26,008 nt of DNA from a virus (IMGVR_UViG_3300021138_000149:1-26008), one strand, 5' to 3'. Positions 5,949-15,141 are shown, counted from the first letter of the stretch. Notes: generated by a model not told the origin, from the letters alone. Numbers and translations: made by a program.

Positions 5949-7388
5949 ATGACGCACCAGGCTCGATTGCAGACGAGAGGGGGGGCGGATGGTGACGCTC
6001 AAAAATTTTTGAGTAAAATCAACGAACTGCCCACCATCTACAAAACAGCCCAACACCACAGAAATATTTGGATTGAGCAAGCGCACGGGTACCAGCTGCC
6101 TGAGATGGAAAACGAGTTTGACTGGAACATCTACCTCCTGCTGGCTGGCCGAGGAGCGGGGAAGACCCGCGCTGCGGCAGAGTGGATATGGTGGCAGGCG
6201 TTTATGAACCCAGGCACCCGCTGGCTAGTCGCAGCGCCCACTGCGGCAGACTTGCGCGATGTTTGCTTTAAGGGCGACTCTGGAATACTTAGCGTGTGCC
6301 CTTCAGAGCTCATCGAAAACTACGCGGTGTCCACATCGGAAATCACACTCATCGGTGGATCTATTATCAAGGGCATACCCGCTTCCGAACCAGAGCGCTA
6401 TCGCGGACCGCAGTTTCACGGGGGCTGGTGTGATGAGCTTGCCGCGTGGGAGCAACTGGACGAGGCGTGGAATCAGATCCAGTTCGGTATGCGACTTGGA
6501 CAAAACCCACGCATTATGTGTACCACCACGCCACGACCCAAGCCCCTCATCTTTGACCTTGTCGCCAGAGACGGCAACGACGTTTGCTACGTGTCAGCAA
6601 CGACGTACGACAATCTGAATAACCTTGCGCCTACTTTCAAAAATCAAATCCTTCAGTACGAAGGTACCTCTCTAGGGGACCAGGAGATTAACGCGGTACT
6701 GCTTGATCCTGAAGACTCAGGACTCATTAAACGCTCATGGTTTAAGCTCTGGCCATCAGAGCGTTCCTTTCCCGCATTTAGCTACGTCGTGCAATCATAC
6801 GATTGTGCAACATCGGAGAAGACCGTCAACGACGCCACTGCATGCATCGTGCTAGGGGTTTTTAAACCCGAAGACGGACCTACGTCCGTAATGATTATTG
6901 ATGCTTGGTCTGAAAGGATAGAATATCCTGAGCTTAGAAATAAGGTCGTGGACAACTATGCTGAAGTGTATGGTGATCCTGATGAGTTTAACAGCGGGAA
7001 AAAGACAGACCTTGTTTTGATTGAGGATAAATCTGCGGGGATATCGTTACTTCAAGACTTGCAGCGTGCGGGTTTACCTATTCGCGGTTACAATCCTGGA
7101 CGGGCTGATAAAGTCATGCGTGCTAATCTAGTTTCACCTATCATCGCGCGCGGTCGTGTATTCCTGCCAGAATCGCAAGCCAACCCAGGCACCCCAAGAA
7201 CTTGGCTGACTGAGGCGCTCAATCAATGGTGTGCGTTTCCCGAAGTCCGCAATGATGATTATGTAGACGCACTCACCCAAGCGTTGCGCTACTTACGCGA
7301 TGCTGGACTGATCAACATTGACCCCTTGGAGCAGCAAGAGTATCACGACAATGAGTTCAAACGCAAAGGTAACCCTTACGCGCAATAA
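5949..7388 (+). CDS. terL: Terminase large subunit
   Basis: Walker A AGRGAGKT, Walker B WCDE, coupling motif TTTPR, RNase H-like nuclease residues (SYDCA, IEDKSAG, DDYVDA). Confidence 0.97.
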   Translation: MTHQARLQTRGGADGDAQKFLSKINELPTIYKTAQHHRNIWIEQAHGYQLPEMENEFDWNIYLLLAGRGAGKTRAAAEWIWWQAFMNPGTRWLVAAPTAADLRDVCFKGDSGILSVCPSELIENYAVSTSEITLIGGSIIKGIPASEPERYRGPQFHGGWCDELAAWEQLDEAWNQIQFGMRLGQNPRIMCTTTPRPKPLIFDLVARDGNDVCYVSATTYDNLNNLAPTFKNQILQYEGTSLGDQEINAVLLDPEDSGLIKRSWFKLWPSERSFPAFSYVVQSYDCATSEKTVNDATACIVLGVFKPEDGPTSVMIIDAWSERIEYPELRNKVVDNYAEVYGDPDEFNSGKKTDLVLIEDKSAGISLLQDLQRAGLPIRGYNPGRADKVMRANLVSPIIARGRVFLPESQANPGTPRTWLTEALNQWCAFPEVRNDDYVDALTQALRYLRDAGLINIDPLEQQEYHDNEFKRKGNPYAQ

Positions 7389-7392
7389 GCGC

Positions 7393-7398
7393 TATAAT
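7393..7398 (+). promoter_or_regulatory. Putative -10 box TATAAT before the 874-aa gene
   Basis: Exact TATAAT in the 20-bp gap, 10 nt before the ATG, no SD (near-leaderless mRNA possible). Confidence 0.45.
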
Positions 7399-7408
7399 AT
7401 CAAACATT

Positions 7409-10033
7409 ATGCCAAACGTAGAAGTCACTGATCCTGTAAAGCTAGAGATGTATTCGCATCTTGACAAGTTGCTTGGACAACCTTTGCCTACGTTTCAGTC
7501 TGCAATGCAAGGCATACGCGACTGGAACCCTGCTCAAGAATGGAATCAGAACGTTCAGAATGCGCTACTCGGCGCTGGCAACATTGTTAAAAACATCGGC
7601 CACGCTGTAACAAACCCCATCGATCAACTCAGAAACCTTCGCGCTCCAACACCTGAAGAATTGGCGATGGCGTTTAATCCTGGGCATATGCCTAACGCAG
7701 GAGTTGCTGGAGTGATTAAACACGGCGGGGGCAATTGGATAGATAAAAGTATGTTCGGTGTTGACCAGAATGTTAATTATTTAAAAAGATATTTACGATT
7801 CAATGAAGATCCCGCAACGATGGAACACAAGTTAAGAACCATCGGAGGCGCAGGTGACGCTGAAGTTCAAAACGCTCATAATGCTTTAAAAATCAATGAC
7901 TGGATTGACAAAAAGCTCAAACCCTATGTGCGCAATCAAATGGGCACCCCCAATGACCCCATACGCGCTCAAGCTGATAAAGATAAAATACTTCATATGC
8001 CTTTAAATGAAAGGTTAGCTCGAGTAGAGGGACGAGAAAAAACTATAAGAGAGCAGCACGGTTTTCCTCGTGAGGGCGTGGCCACTTCTGATTTAGGTAA
8101 ACAATGGGAGTATTTGACTGATAATGCAATTTATCCAAGTAATCTAGCAAATTTAAACAATCCGCTATATTACAATAACCCTGAATCTATTCTAAAATTA
8201 GATCCTTCAACGATTATAAATCGAATCAAAGATAACGTGAGTTTTGGCAAACTTGGGTTTGACCACATGATTGACGTGTTGGGTGAGAAGATGAATACGG
8301 GCGAGATCACGCACAAAGATCTTGACAAGATGAGCGTGGTCGATGCGGTCAAACGCGCTCATGAATACAATGAAAAGGTTGCAGCTGAAATGGCTAAAGC
8401 CGAGCGCGAAAGCCTTCAGTATGCGAACATCGCTCATAAAACAGATGATGGCGTGGTGGTCAAACTTGACAAGCCAGGACAGTTTGCCAAAGAGGCAGAC
8501 AATGTGGGGCACTCAGTCAGAGGCTATGAGCCTCAAGAGAATCACCCTGATTGGATAAAAGCGTCAGGTAATAAAGGGCAAAGTGGTTATGGGCATGGCG
8601 GTTGGAAAGCTATTAAATCAGGCAAAGCCGAAGTGTATTCAGTCAGGGATTTTGACAATAAGCCTCATGCTACAATTGAAGTTTTAAACAAACCTGCAAC
8701 ACAGTCGGGCTTTTTAATAAATCACAATATAGATTCTATTTCAAATTATTTGTCATATGGCGAAAACATGACGAATGTTGAGCAGAACCGTTTAGGTCTT
8801 AATGAGCATGCTCATGAGTTGTTGGATAAAATTGAAGGGTTCAAAAATCAATTGGAATATGTTGTTAATAATCCGAAAGAGTTCCAACCAGAATTAGTAG
8901 AGTTTTCAAAAAATTACTATGACAACAGATTAGGTAAACCCAACATCACTCAGATCAAAGGTCCAGTAAATAAAGACGTTAGCTACAAACCCGCTCAAAC
9001 CCTCAAAGACTTTTTGAACTCACGCAAGTGGGGTACGGTCAATGAGATTGAGAAAGCCAATTTGATTGACCTTGAAAACCCACAAAGCGTTAAAGATTCG
9101 TTATATGACGTACTGGGTGATTACAAACTTCCCCATGAGCGTCAAGAAGCGTTCAGAGACGCCACGGCAGCCAACCCTGACGTACAGCGCTTTATGAATC
9201 GTCAGGAGTTCAAAGACTTTGTAAATCCGCCTAAACCTACACCCACTCCTATCACTCCAGAACAATATGATGCAAATTTAGCAAACTTCCTTAAAAATAG
9301 TAAAGAAAAAGGAGACTGGTATCACGGTACAGCGAGTGATGTAACAGAATTTAAACCCGAGCTCGGTTTAGAAAAACCCAATCAAGCAGGAGCAGCTTTT
9401 TTTAGTAAAGCCCCTGAGTACTCAGGAGACAAATACGCAGTAGACGCTCCTATTTATATGGCAAAAGAGGCTCATAAATATCTAACGCCTGAGCAGATGT
9501 CTTTAGCGCAAGAAAACGCAAAGCAGTATTTTAGAGACACATATCCCGATATGCCTGAGCATGCTGACTCAATGATTAAGTCAATTGAAGAAGGTAAACC
9601 TGTAGGAGAAGCTGAAGATCAGTTGATTGCAGAATATCAAAAACATCTTCCATCAGGTCCTAACGTCATGAAGGTCCATCTTAATGTGGAAAATCCTTTT
9701 GACCCTGCGGTTCCTGAGCATGTTCAAGCTCTTAAAGACTTTAACCCTAACTTAGACCCTAAGTTAACAAACCGTATCGGCGTCACTGCCGTGCTAGAAC
9801 ATCCTGATATCCAAGAGGCTATTAAGGGCTCAGGTTTCGATTCTTTTTATACTAATGAAGACGGCTACAGAAATATCGGTGTATTTGATCCTACTAGAAT
9901 CAAATCAGCTATCGGAAATGAGGGAACATTTGACCCCACTAACCCAGTAATTACTAAAAAAGACGGCGGGTCAGTTACAGTAGAAGACCCCGTCTTGATT
10001 GAGCGTAGATTAAAGCTCATGGGACTAATTTAA
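7409..10033 (+). CDS. Polyvalent-type multidomain protein: PcfJ-like domain plus C-terminal ADP-ribosyltransferase-like (ART-PolyVal-like) domain
   Basis: PcfJ-like E..NVGHSVRGY...YSVRD..NKPHATIEV...ITQIKG..N; ART-like WYHGT...FFS...NVMKVHL...NPFD...GFDS...VFDPTRIKSAIGNEGTFDP. Confidence 0.75.
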   Translation: MPNVEVTDPVKLEMYSHLDKLLGQPLPTFQSAMQGIRDWNPAQEWNQNVQNALLGAGNIVKNIGHAVTNPIDQLRNLRAPTPEELAMAFNPGHMPNAGVAGVIKHGGGNWIDKSMFGVDQNVNYLKRYLRFNEDPATMEHKLRTIGGAGDAEVQNAHNALKINDWIDKKLKPYVRNQMGTPNDPIRAQADKDKILHMPLNERLARVEGREKTIREQHGFPREGVATSDLGKQWEYLTDNAIYPSNLANLNNPLYYNNPESILKLDPSTIINRIKDNVSFGKLGFDHMIDVLGEKMNTGEITHKDLDKMSVVDAVKRAHEYNEKVAAEMAKAERESLQYANIAHKTDDGVVVKLDKPGQFAKEADNVGHSVRGYEPQENHPDWIKASGNKGQSGYGHGGWKAIKSGKAEVYSVRDFDNKPHATIEVLNKPATQSGFLINHNIDSISNYLSYGENMTNVEQNRLGLNEHAHELLDKIEGFKNQLEYVVNNPKEFQPELVEFSKNYYDNRLGKPNITQIKGPVNKDVSYKPAQTLKDFLNSRKWGTVNEIEKANLIDLENPQSVKDSLYDVLGDYKLPHERQEAFRDATAANPDVQRFMNRQEFKDFVNPPKPTPTPITPEQYDANLANFLKNSKEKGDWYHGTASDVTEFKPELGLEKPNQAGAAFFSKAPEYSGDKYAVDAPIYMAKEAHKYLTPEQMSLAQENAKQYFRDTYPDMPEHADSMIKSIEEGKPVGEAEDQLIAEYQKHLPSGPNVMKVHLNVENPFDPAVPEHVQALKDFNPNLDPKLTNRIGVTAVLEHPDIQEAIKGSGFDSFYTNEDGYRNIGVFDPTRIKSAIGNEGTFDPTNPVITKKDGGSVTVEDPVLIERRLKLMGLI

Positions 10034-10042
10034 GGAACACAC

Positions 10043-12631
10043 ATGGCAGGCTTACCTTTTCCTCAAGATCAAGAAGACGGTCGCTACATAGACCCAGTCA
10101 GCTTTGTAGGCGAGATCGATGATCCTGATCAAGCTGAAGAAGTCAGCCTTAGTGAATTATTCACTGATGAAGGACAAGAGGAAATTGAGGAGTTAGAAGA
10201 CGGCTCTGCGCTTGTACATTTGAGCACGCTTAAAGGTCCTGAGCAAAGTCCAGATTTTTATGCTAACCTAGCAGAGTCAATGCCCGAGTATGAGTTGATG
10301 AACCTTGGTAACAAGTTTTTAACGCTCATTGAAAAAGATAAAGAAGCTCGTAAAAAACGTGATGAGCAGTACGAGGAGGGCATTAGGCGCTCTGGATTAG
10401 GTAATGACGCCCCAGGAGGCGCTCAGTTTCAAGGCGCTTCAAAAACAGTTCATCCTGTGATGGCTGAGTCTGGAGTTGACTTTGCTGCACGGGCGATGAA
10501 AGAGCTTTTCCCGCCTGATGGACCTGTCAAGTCTAAGATTATCGGAACTGCTAGTGATGACAAGCAGAAAAAAGCCGATAACAAACGCGACTTTATGAAC
10601 TGGCAGTGTACTGAGCAGATCATTGAGTTCCGTGATGAAGAAGAACAGATGACGACGCAACTGCCCTTCGGCGGTTCTCAATATCTTAAAATGTGGTTTG
10701 ATCCAGAGATGCGCCGTCCGCGTATTGAGTTCATACCAATTGACAATATCTATCTACCGTACGCTTCAGTTAACTTCTACACAGCATCTAGGGTAACAGA
10801 AGTTGACGACATCATACAAGACACCTTTGAACAACGTGTCGCTTCTGGGTTGTACCGCGATATTAATGCGTATGTAACTTCAATGGAGCCTGAGCTATCA
10901 AAAGCGGCAAAGGCAAATTTGAAGGTTGAGGGCAAGACTGATACGGGTGAGAATCCTGATGGTATACGTCGAACATTTAACATCTATACGTGGTTAAAAA
11001 CTGACTATGATAGCATAGCAAAGGGAGAAAGAGCGCCGTATATCTTAATGCTTGATGAGCAAACTCATCAGGTATTAGGTTTGTATCGTAATTGGGAGGA
11101 CGGGGACGACCGTCGGGCAAAGCTAGACTGGATCATTGAATTCAAGTTCATCCCATGGCGAGGTGCTTATGCAATTGGTTTACCTCATCTCATTGGTGGT
11201 CTCAGTGCCGCTCTTACTGGCGCTCTTCGTGCATTGTTGGATTCGGCTCATATAAATACCGCAGCGACGATGTTGAAACTGAAAGGAGCAAAGATCTCCG
11301 GTCAGTCACAGAACATTGAGGTTACGCAAGTCACAGAGATTGAAGGCGCTCCTGGCGTTGATGACATACGCAAGATTGCGATGCCTATGCCATTCAATCA
11401 ACCTTCGCCTGTTTTGTTCCAATTGCTAGGTTGGTTGACTGACGCAGCAAAAGGCGTTGTAACGACGGCTGAGGAAAAGATCGCTGATATATCAAGCACC
11501 GCTCCAGTAGGAACAACGCAAGCGATGATTGAGCAGGGAGCAGCTGTATTTAGCGCTATTCACGCTCGATTGCACGCCTCACAAGCAAGGGTTCTTAAAG
11601 TCTTAGCTCGCCTAAATAGATGGCACTTCGATGATATGGACTTGGATGACATCATTGAAGAAATCCCTGTCACTAAAGATGACTTCAATAAGATGAGCGA
11701 CATTGTACCCGTGTCGGACCCTAACATCTTTAGTGACACGCAAAGGTTTGCTCAAGCGCAAGCACTAGCACAACGCGCACAAGCCAATCCAACTCTTTAC
11801 AATCTTTTAGCAGTTGAAAAACGTATTCTTCAAACGATGAAGATACCTAACGTGCAAGACGTACTACCTGATCCCGCTAAAGTTGAGGATATGAATCCTG
11901 CGCTAGAGAATGTCAGTATGACTCTAGGCAAGCCTGTTGGAGCGTTTCCTGGACAAGACCATATGGCACATATTCAAACGCATTTGGACTTTGGGACTGA
12001 TCCCATGTTAGGTGGCGGTCCTATTATGTCTGATACGTTTTTACCAGCAGTGATTACTCACGTTAAAGAGCATTTGTCTTTCTGGTATTTGGATCAAATG
12101 AAGCGCGGTTCAGAGCTAGATATCTTGAAAGTGGAGCGTATACCAATTCCTTCTCAAGCGACTCTTGCGGCTACAAGCGTCAACGTAAAGCAACTGTCAC
12201 AGCAGGAGCTTTCAGCAATTATGCAAGACTTAGTACCGATGCAGAAGCAGGTACAGCAGTTGATTCAACAGCAAAAAGCAAGTCAGATTCCAATGGATCC
12301 AAACGCTCAAGCCTTAGTCAACGCTCAGCTAGCAGAAACACAACGCAAAGCTCAGCAGGACAAAGTCAACGCAACGATTGCTGGAGAAAAACTCAAGGTA
12401 GAAGCTTCAGAAAAAGAGCAAGAAGACAACTCCAAACAACAAATGGAAGCAGCGCGTTTACAGACACAAGTCGCCATAAACGACGCGAACAATATTGCAC
12501 AAGAGCGTATAAAAGGCATGGAGCTAACAATAGATGCGGCACAAGTAGATGCGGAGCAACAACGCACTATACTAGAAGAGAGACAGATGTTGCATGAGGC
12601 GGCAAATCCTAAACCCGAAACTAAGGAGTAA
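10043..12631 (+). CDS. Portal protein (podovirus type, long Gln-rich C-terminal coiled coil)
   Basis: Size and position after TerL; HPVMAE...F.ARA..ELFP.DGPVK and APVGTT.A..EQG..V.SAIH.RLH motifs; AAGGA SD. Confidence 0.9.
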   Translation: MAGLPFPQDQEDGRYIDPVSFVGEIDDPDQAEEVSLSELFTDEGQEEIEELEDGSALVHLSTLKGPEQSPDFYANLAESMPEYELMNLGNKFLTLIEKDKEARKKRDEQYEEGIRRSGLGNDAPGGAQFQGASKTVHPVMAESGVDFAARAMKELFPPDGPVKSKIIGTASDDKQKKADNKRDFMNWQCTEQIIEFRDEEEQMTTQLPFGGSQYLKMWFDPEMRRPRIEFIPIDNIYLPYASVNFYTASRVTEVDDIIQDTFEQRVASGLYRDINAYVTSMEPELSKAAKANLKVEGKTDTGENPDGIRRTFNIYTWLKTDYDSIAKGERAPYILMLDEQTHQVLGLYRNWEDGDDRRAKLDWIIEFKFIPWRGAYAIGLPHLIGGLSAALTGALRALLDSAHINTAATMLKLKGAKISGQSQNIEVTQVTEIEGAPGVDDIRKIAMPMPFNQPSPVLFQLLGWLTDAAKGVVTTAEEKIADISSTAPVGTTQAMIEQGAAVFSAIHARLHASQARVLKVLARLNRWHFDDMDLDDIIEEIPVTKDDFNKMSDIVPVSDPNIFSDTQRFAQAQALAQRAQANPTLYNLLAVEKRILQTMKIPNVQDVLPDPAKVEDMNPALENVSMTLGKPVGAFPGQDHMAHIQTHLDFGTDPMLGGGPIMSDTFLPAVITHVKEHLSFWYLDQMKRGSELDILKVERIPIPSQATLAATSVNVKQLSQQELSAIMQDLVPMQKQVQQLIQQQKASQIPMDPNAQALVNAQLAETQRKAQQDKVNATIAGEKLKVEASEKEQEDNSKQQMEAARLQTQVAINDANNIAQERIKGMELTIDAAQVDAEQQRTILEERQMLHEAANPKPETKE

Positions 12632-12634
12632 GAA

Positions 12635-12805
12635 ATGAAAGACGACATGACAAATGAGCCCCAACGCCAACACCACCGTTTAGCAACTGGGTTGCCCTTG
12701 CAAGGCATGAAAACTGGAGGCAAACCTGAACACCATAAAGGTATGCAACATAAAGCTCCTCCTAAAGCGACTCCAATGCGTAAATCAGCAGGACGCGGAC
12801 GTTGA
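12635..12805 (+). CDS. 56-aa basic His/Lys-rich protein with MKTGG motif (MKDDMTNEPQRQHHRLATGLPLQGMKTGGKPEHHKGMQHKAPPKATPMRKSAGRGR)
   Basis: Own translation; TAAGGAG SD; fills the gap and overlaps the next start by 4 nt. Confidence 0.8.
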   Translation: MKDDMTNEPQRQHHRLATGLPLQGMKTGGKPEHHKGMQHKAPPKATPMRKSAGRGR

Positions 12806-12984
12806 TTGAGCAGCTAATTCAGGAAATAAGGATAGCTCAGATGGAAATCGCGAGCTCCTTAGCAGAGGGAAATGCTTCGTCTTTTGAAGCGTATAAAGAG
12901 CTCTCAGGTCGGTACGCTGGCCTAGAGCACGCCCTCACTATTATTGACAATTTATTACATTCTCAAGAGGATGATGACAGATAA
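12802..12984 (+). CDS. Small helical protein between portal and GroES, 60 aa
   Basis: ORF track; L..G.A.SFE.YK...G...GL pattern; TTG start. Confidence 0.8.
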   Translation: MIEQLIQEIRIAQMEIASSLAEGNASSFEAYKELSGRYAGLEHALTIIDNLLHSQEDDDR

Positions 12985-13045
12985 ATCGCTCGATGGTCGG
13001 GCGGTTGTAACCAAGCGCTGAAGAGTGCTTAGAAGGAGAAGCCTA

Positions 13046-13459
13046 ATGGCTGATGCACAGTGGACAAATGAGGATTATTTTCCTCCAGTAGAAGCAGGAG
13101 TTAAACCCGTAGGTAATCGAATTTTAATACAAATTCGACAGACACCTAAGAGGGTTACATCTAGCGGAATTATCTTAGTTGATGAGACCGTAGAAACAGA
13201 AAAAGCCCAAACCATGATCGCCAAATTGATTGCAGTAGGTCCTATTGCTTTCAAGAAACGCGACTCTGGAGAACCTTGGCCTGAAGGTGTATGGGCGTCA
13301 CCAGGAGATATCGTTAGAGTTCCGAAATGGAACGCTGATCGTTTCTTTGTAGATAACCCCGATGATAAAGATAGCCCAGTTACTTTTGGGCTTTGTAATG
13401 ACACAGAGTTGATTGCTGTTGTTACTGGCGATCACACCAAACAAAGGGCATACCTATGA
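13046..13459 (+). CDS. groES: GroES/Cpn10-like co-chaperonin
   Basis: KPVGNRILI, mobile loop TSSGIIL, AVGP, PGDIV motifs; start moved to ATG 13046 after AAGGAG. Confidence 0.88.
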   Translation: MADAQWTNEDYFPPVEAGVKPVGNRILIQIRQTPKRVTSSGIILVDETVETEKAQTMIAKLIAVGPIAFKKRDSGEPWPEGVWASPGDIVRVPKWNADRFFVDNPDDKDSPVTFGLCNDTELIAVVTGDHTKQRAYL

Positions 13460-14451
13460 CGCCTACAGACAAACTAGAAATGCAAGAAGCAGCTGATGGA
13501 TCTGCAACAGTCACTATGCCTGTTGATGAAAAACAAGAGATTCAGGTAGAAGAAGCTGAACCTATTGAACAAGCAGCTGCTGAAGAACCTGCTGACAGAA
13601 CAGAGCAAGCTGAGCATAGGGAGACTAGAAACCTGTCTGAAGCTGATCGTGAAAAACTGCGGGAGTCTAGACGGCTTGAAAGGCAGAACAAAAAGTACGC
13701 TCAAAAGAAAAAGCTAGAAGACAGCGCTCACATCATTTCGTCACTCAAACGACAAAATGATGAGCTATCTGCAAGGCTGTTGAACGTTGAAAATCGCACT
13801 TCAGGAGCAGAGCTAGCCCGTGTTGATAAGAGTATTGAAGACTCTCAATTAAGAGTGCAATACGCGCAATCTAAAATTTCTGAGGCGCTTAAAGCCCAGG
13901 ATGGCGATGCGATGGTTAAAGCGCAAGAGATGCTTTATGAGTCTAAAAAAGCTCTAGAGCAGTTAGGTTCAGTAAAGCAAAACATGCTTAACGCAGCTAG
14001 AAACCCTCAGCAAAATAATCTTCAAGTGCCAGACTCTAGAGTTCAGCACAATGCAGCGACTTGGATGCAGAAACATGGGTGGTACAAACCTGATTTGAGT
14101 AATTTAGACAGTAAGATAGCCCATGCGGTTGATGTTGAGTTGCACAATGAAGGATGGGACCCAGCTTCAAATGACTATTGGGAAGAGTTAGATGACAGAT
14201 TAAGGGACCGTATGCCGCATCGTTTTGACTCAGACTACAATGACGCACCTGCACAAGCACCAAAACGTCGCTCAGTAGTCACAGGCTCAGGTCGTGAGAC
14301 TTCATCGACTGAAAAAGCTGGTGTGTATAAGATATCACCTGATCGCGTAGCAGCGATGAAAGAAACTGGAGCGTGGTTTGATCCTAAGCGTAAAGCAAAA
14401 ATGGTTCAATACTACATGGATTACGATAAAAACAACTCACAAAGGAATTAA
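13456..14451 (+). CDS. Capsid scaffolding protein (putative)
   Basis: Acidic N-terminus, long coiled coil, W...HGWY motif, position between portal and capsid. Confidence 0.7.
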   Translation: MTPTDKLEMQEAADGSATVTMPVDEKQEIQVEEAEPIEQAAAEEPADRTEQAEHRETRNLSEADREKLRESRRLERQNKKYAQKKKLEDSAHIISSLKRQNDELSARLLNVENRTSGAELARVDKSIEDSQLRVQYAQSKISEALKAQDGDAMVKAQEMLYESKKALEQLGSVKQNMLNAARNPQQNNLQVPDSRVQHNAATWMQKHGWYKPDLSNLDSKIAHAVDVELHNEGWDPASNDYWEELDDRLRDRMPHRFDSDYNDAPAQAPKRRSVVTGSGRETSSTEKAGVYKISPDRVAAMKETGAWFDPKRKAKMVQYYMDYDKNNSQRN

Positions 14452-14453
14452 AA

Positions 14454-14981
14454 ATGTCTGACGATCGTTTAATTAAAAGCAACGCTGGCCGTGAAAATAG
14501 AGTTAAAGAAGATACAGAGCGCAAAGCTGATGGTTTAGTATCAACTTCACCTGAAGCCATGCGTTCTATGATGGAAAAATTCATCCAAGAAGCCCTACCA
14601 GAAGCTCCTCACGTTCCTGGATTCCACACGTGCTGGTTATCAACCACTAGCCAGTATGATCCTATCCATAAAAGACTTAGACTTGGTTATACTCCAGTTT
14701 TAGCAGATGAAATCACGGGTTTTGATCACTTAAAAGTAAAATCAGGTGAAAATGTAGGACATATTTCAGTTAATGAAATGGTTTTGTACAAGATTCCTGA
14801 GGATATGTACCAAGCAATCATGACTCATTTCCATCATAACGCTCCTAGAGAAGAAGCTGAGAAGTTGACCATTCAACAGGACCAACTCGTTGGTGGATTG
14901 AGGGATAGTAAGGGCAGACCGTTGGTCCATCGTGAAGGCGACGGTGAGATTGATAGACCTGCCCCTATACCGACGTTTTAA
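14454..14981 (+). CDS. Conserved head-module hypothetical protein, 175 aa
   Basis: ORF track; AAGGA SD; W.S...RLRLGY.PV...VL.KIPE pattern. Confidence 0.8.
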   Translation: MSDDRLIKSNAGRENRVKEDTERKADGLVSTSPEAMRSMMEKFIQEALPEAPHVPGFHTCWLSTTSQYDPIHKRLRLGYTPVLADEITGFDHLKVKSGENVGHISVNEMVLYKIPEDMYQAIMTHFHHNAPREEAEKLTIQQDQLVGGLRDSKGRPLVHREGDGEIDRPAPIPTF

Positions 14982-15141
14982 GGTTATAATTTCGCTAAAG
15001 CTGCGCCGTTAACAAGGTGCGGCGAAAAAACCCGACGGGACACAGGGCAAAGATAGTGTCTTTAAAAAATCACGGTATGTGATTTGTGCGCTTTGTAAAA
15101 AGCAAAAAACAAACAAACCTCAACTTTTTAAGGAAACCCAA
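14981..15141 (+). promoter_or_regulatory. Promoter (AGGTTATAAT, -10 at 14985-14990) and multi-hairpin 5' leader of the capsid operon
   Basis: Four to five stem-loops 15000-15103, then an A/C-rich tract and TAAGGA SD. Confidence 0.65.

Noticed and set aside
5805-5949. TerS-TerL readthrough fusion (same frame)
   Set aside because: After the TerS TGA the frame hits another TGA and a TAA before terL
13011-13031. CIRCE (HrcA operator) upstream of groES
   Set aside because: GAGTGCTTA resembles the right arm, but the left arm is degenerate and the spacer is 2 nt rather than 9
15040-15060. c-di-GMP-I riboswitch (CACAGGGCAAA resemblance)
   Set aside because: The downstream GNRA-capped stem and GCAAAG/second stem architecture are absent
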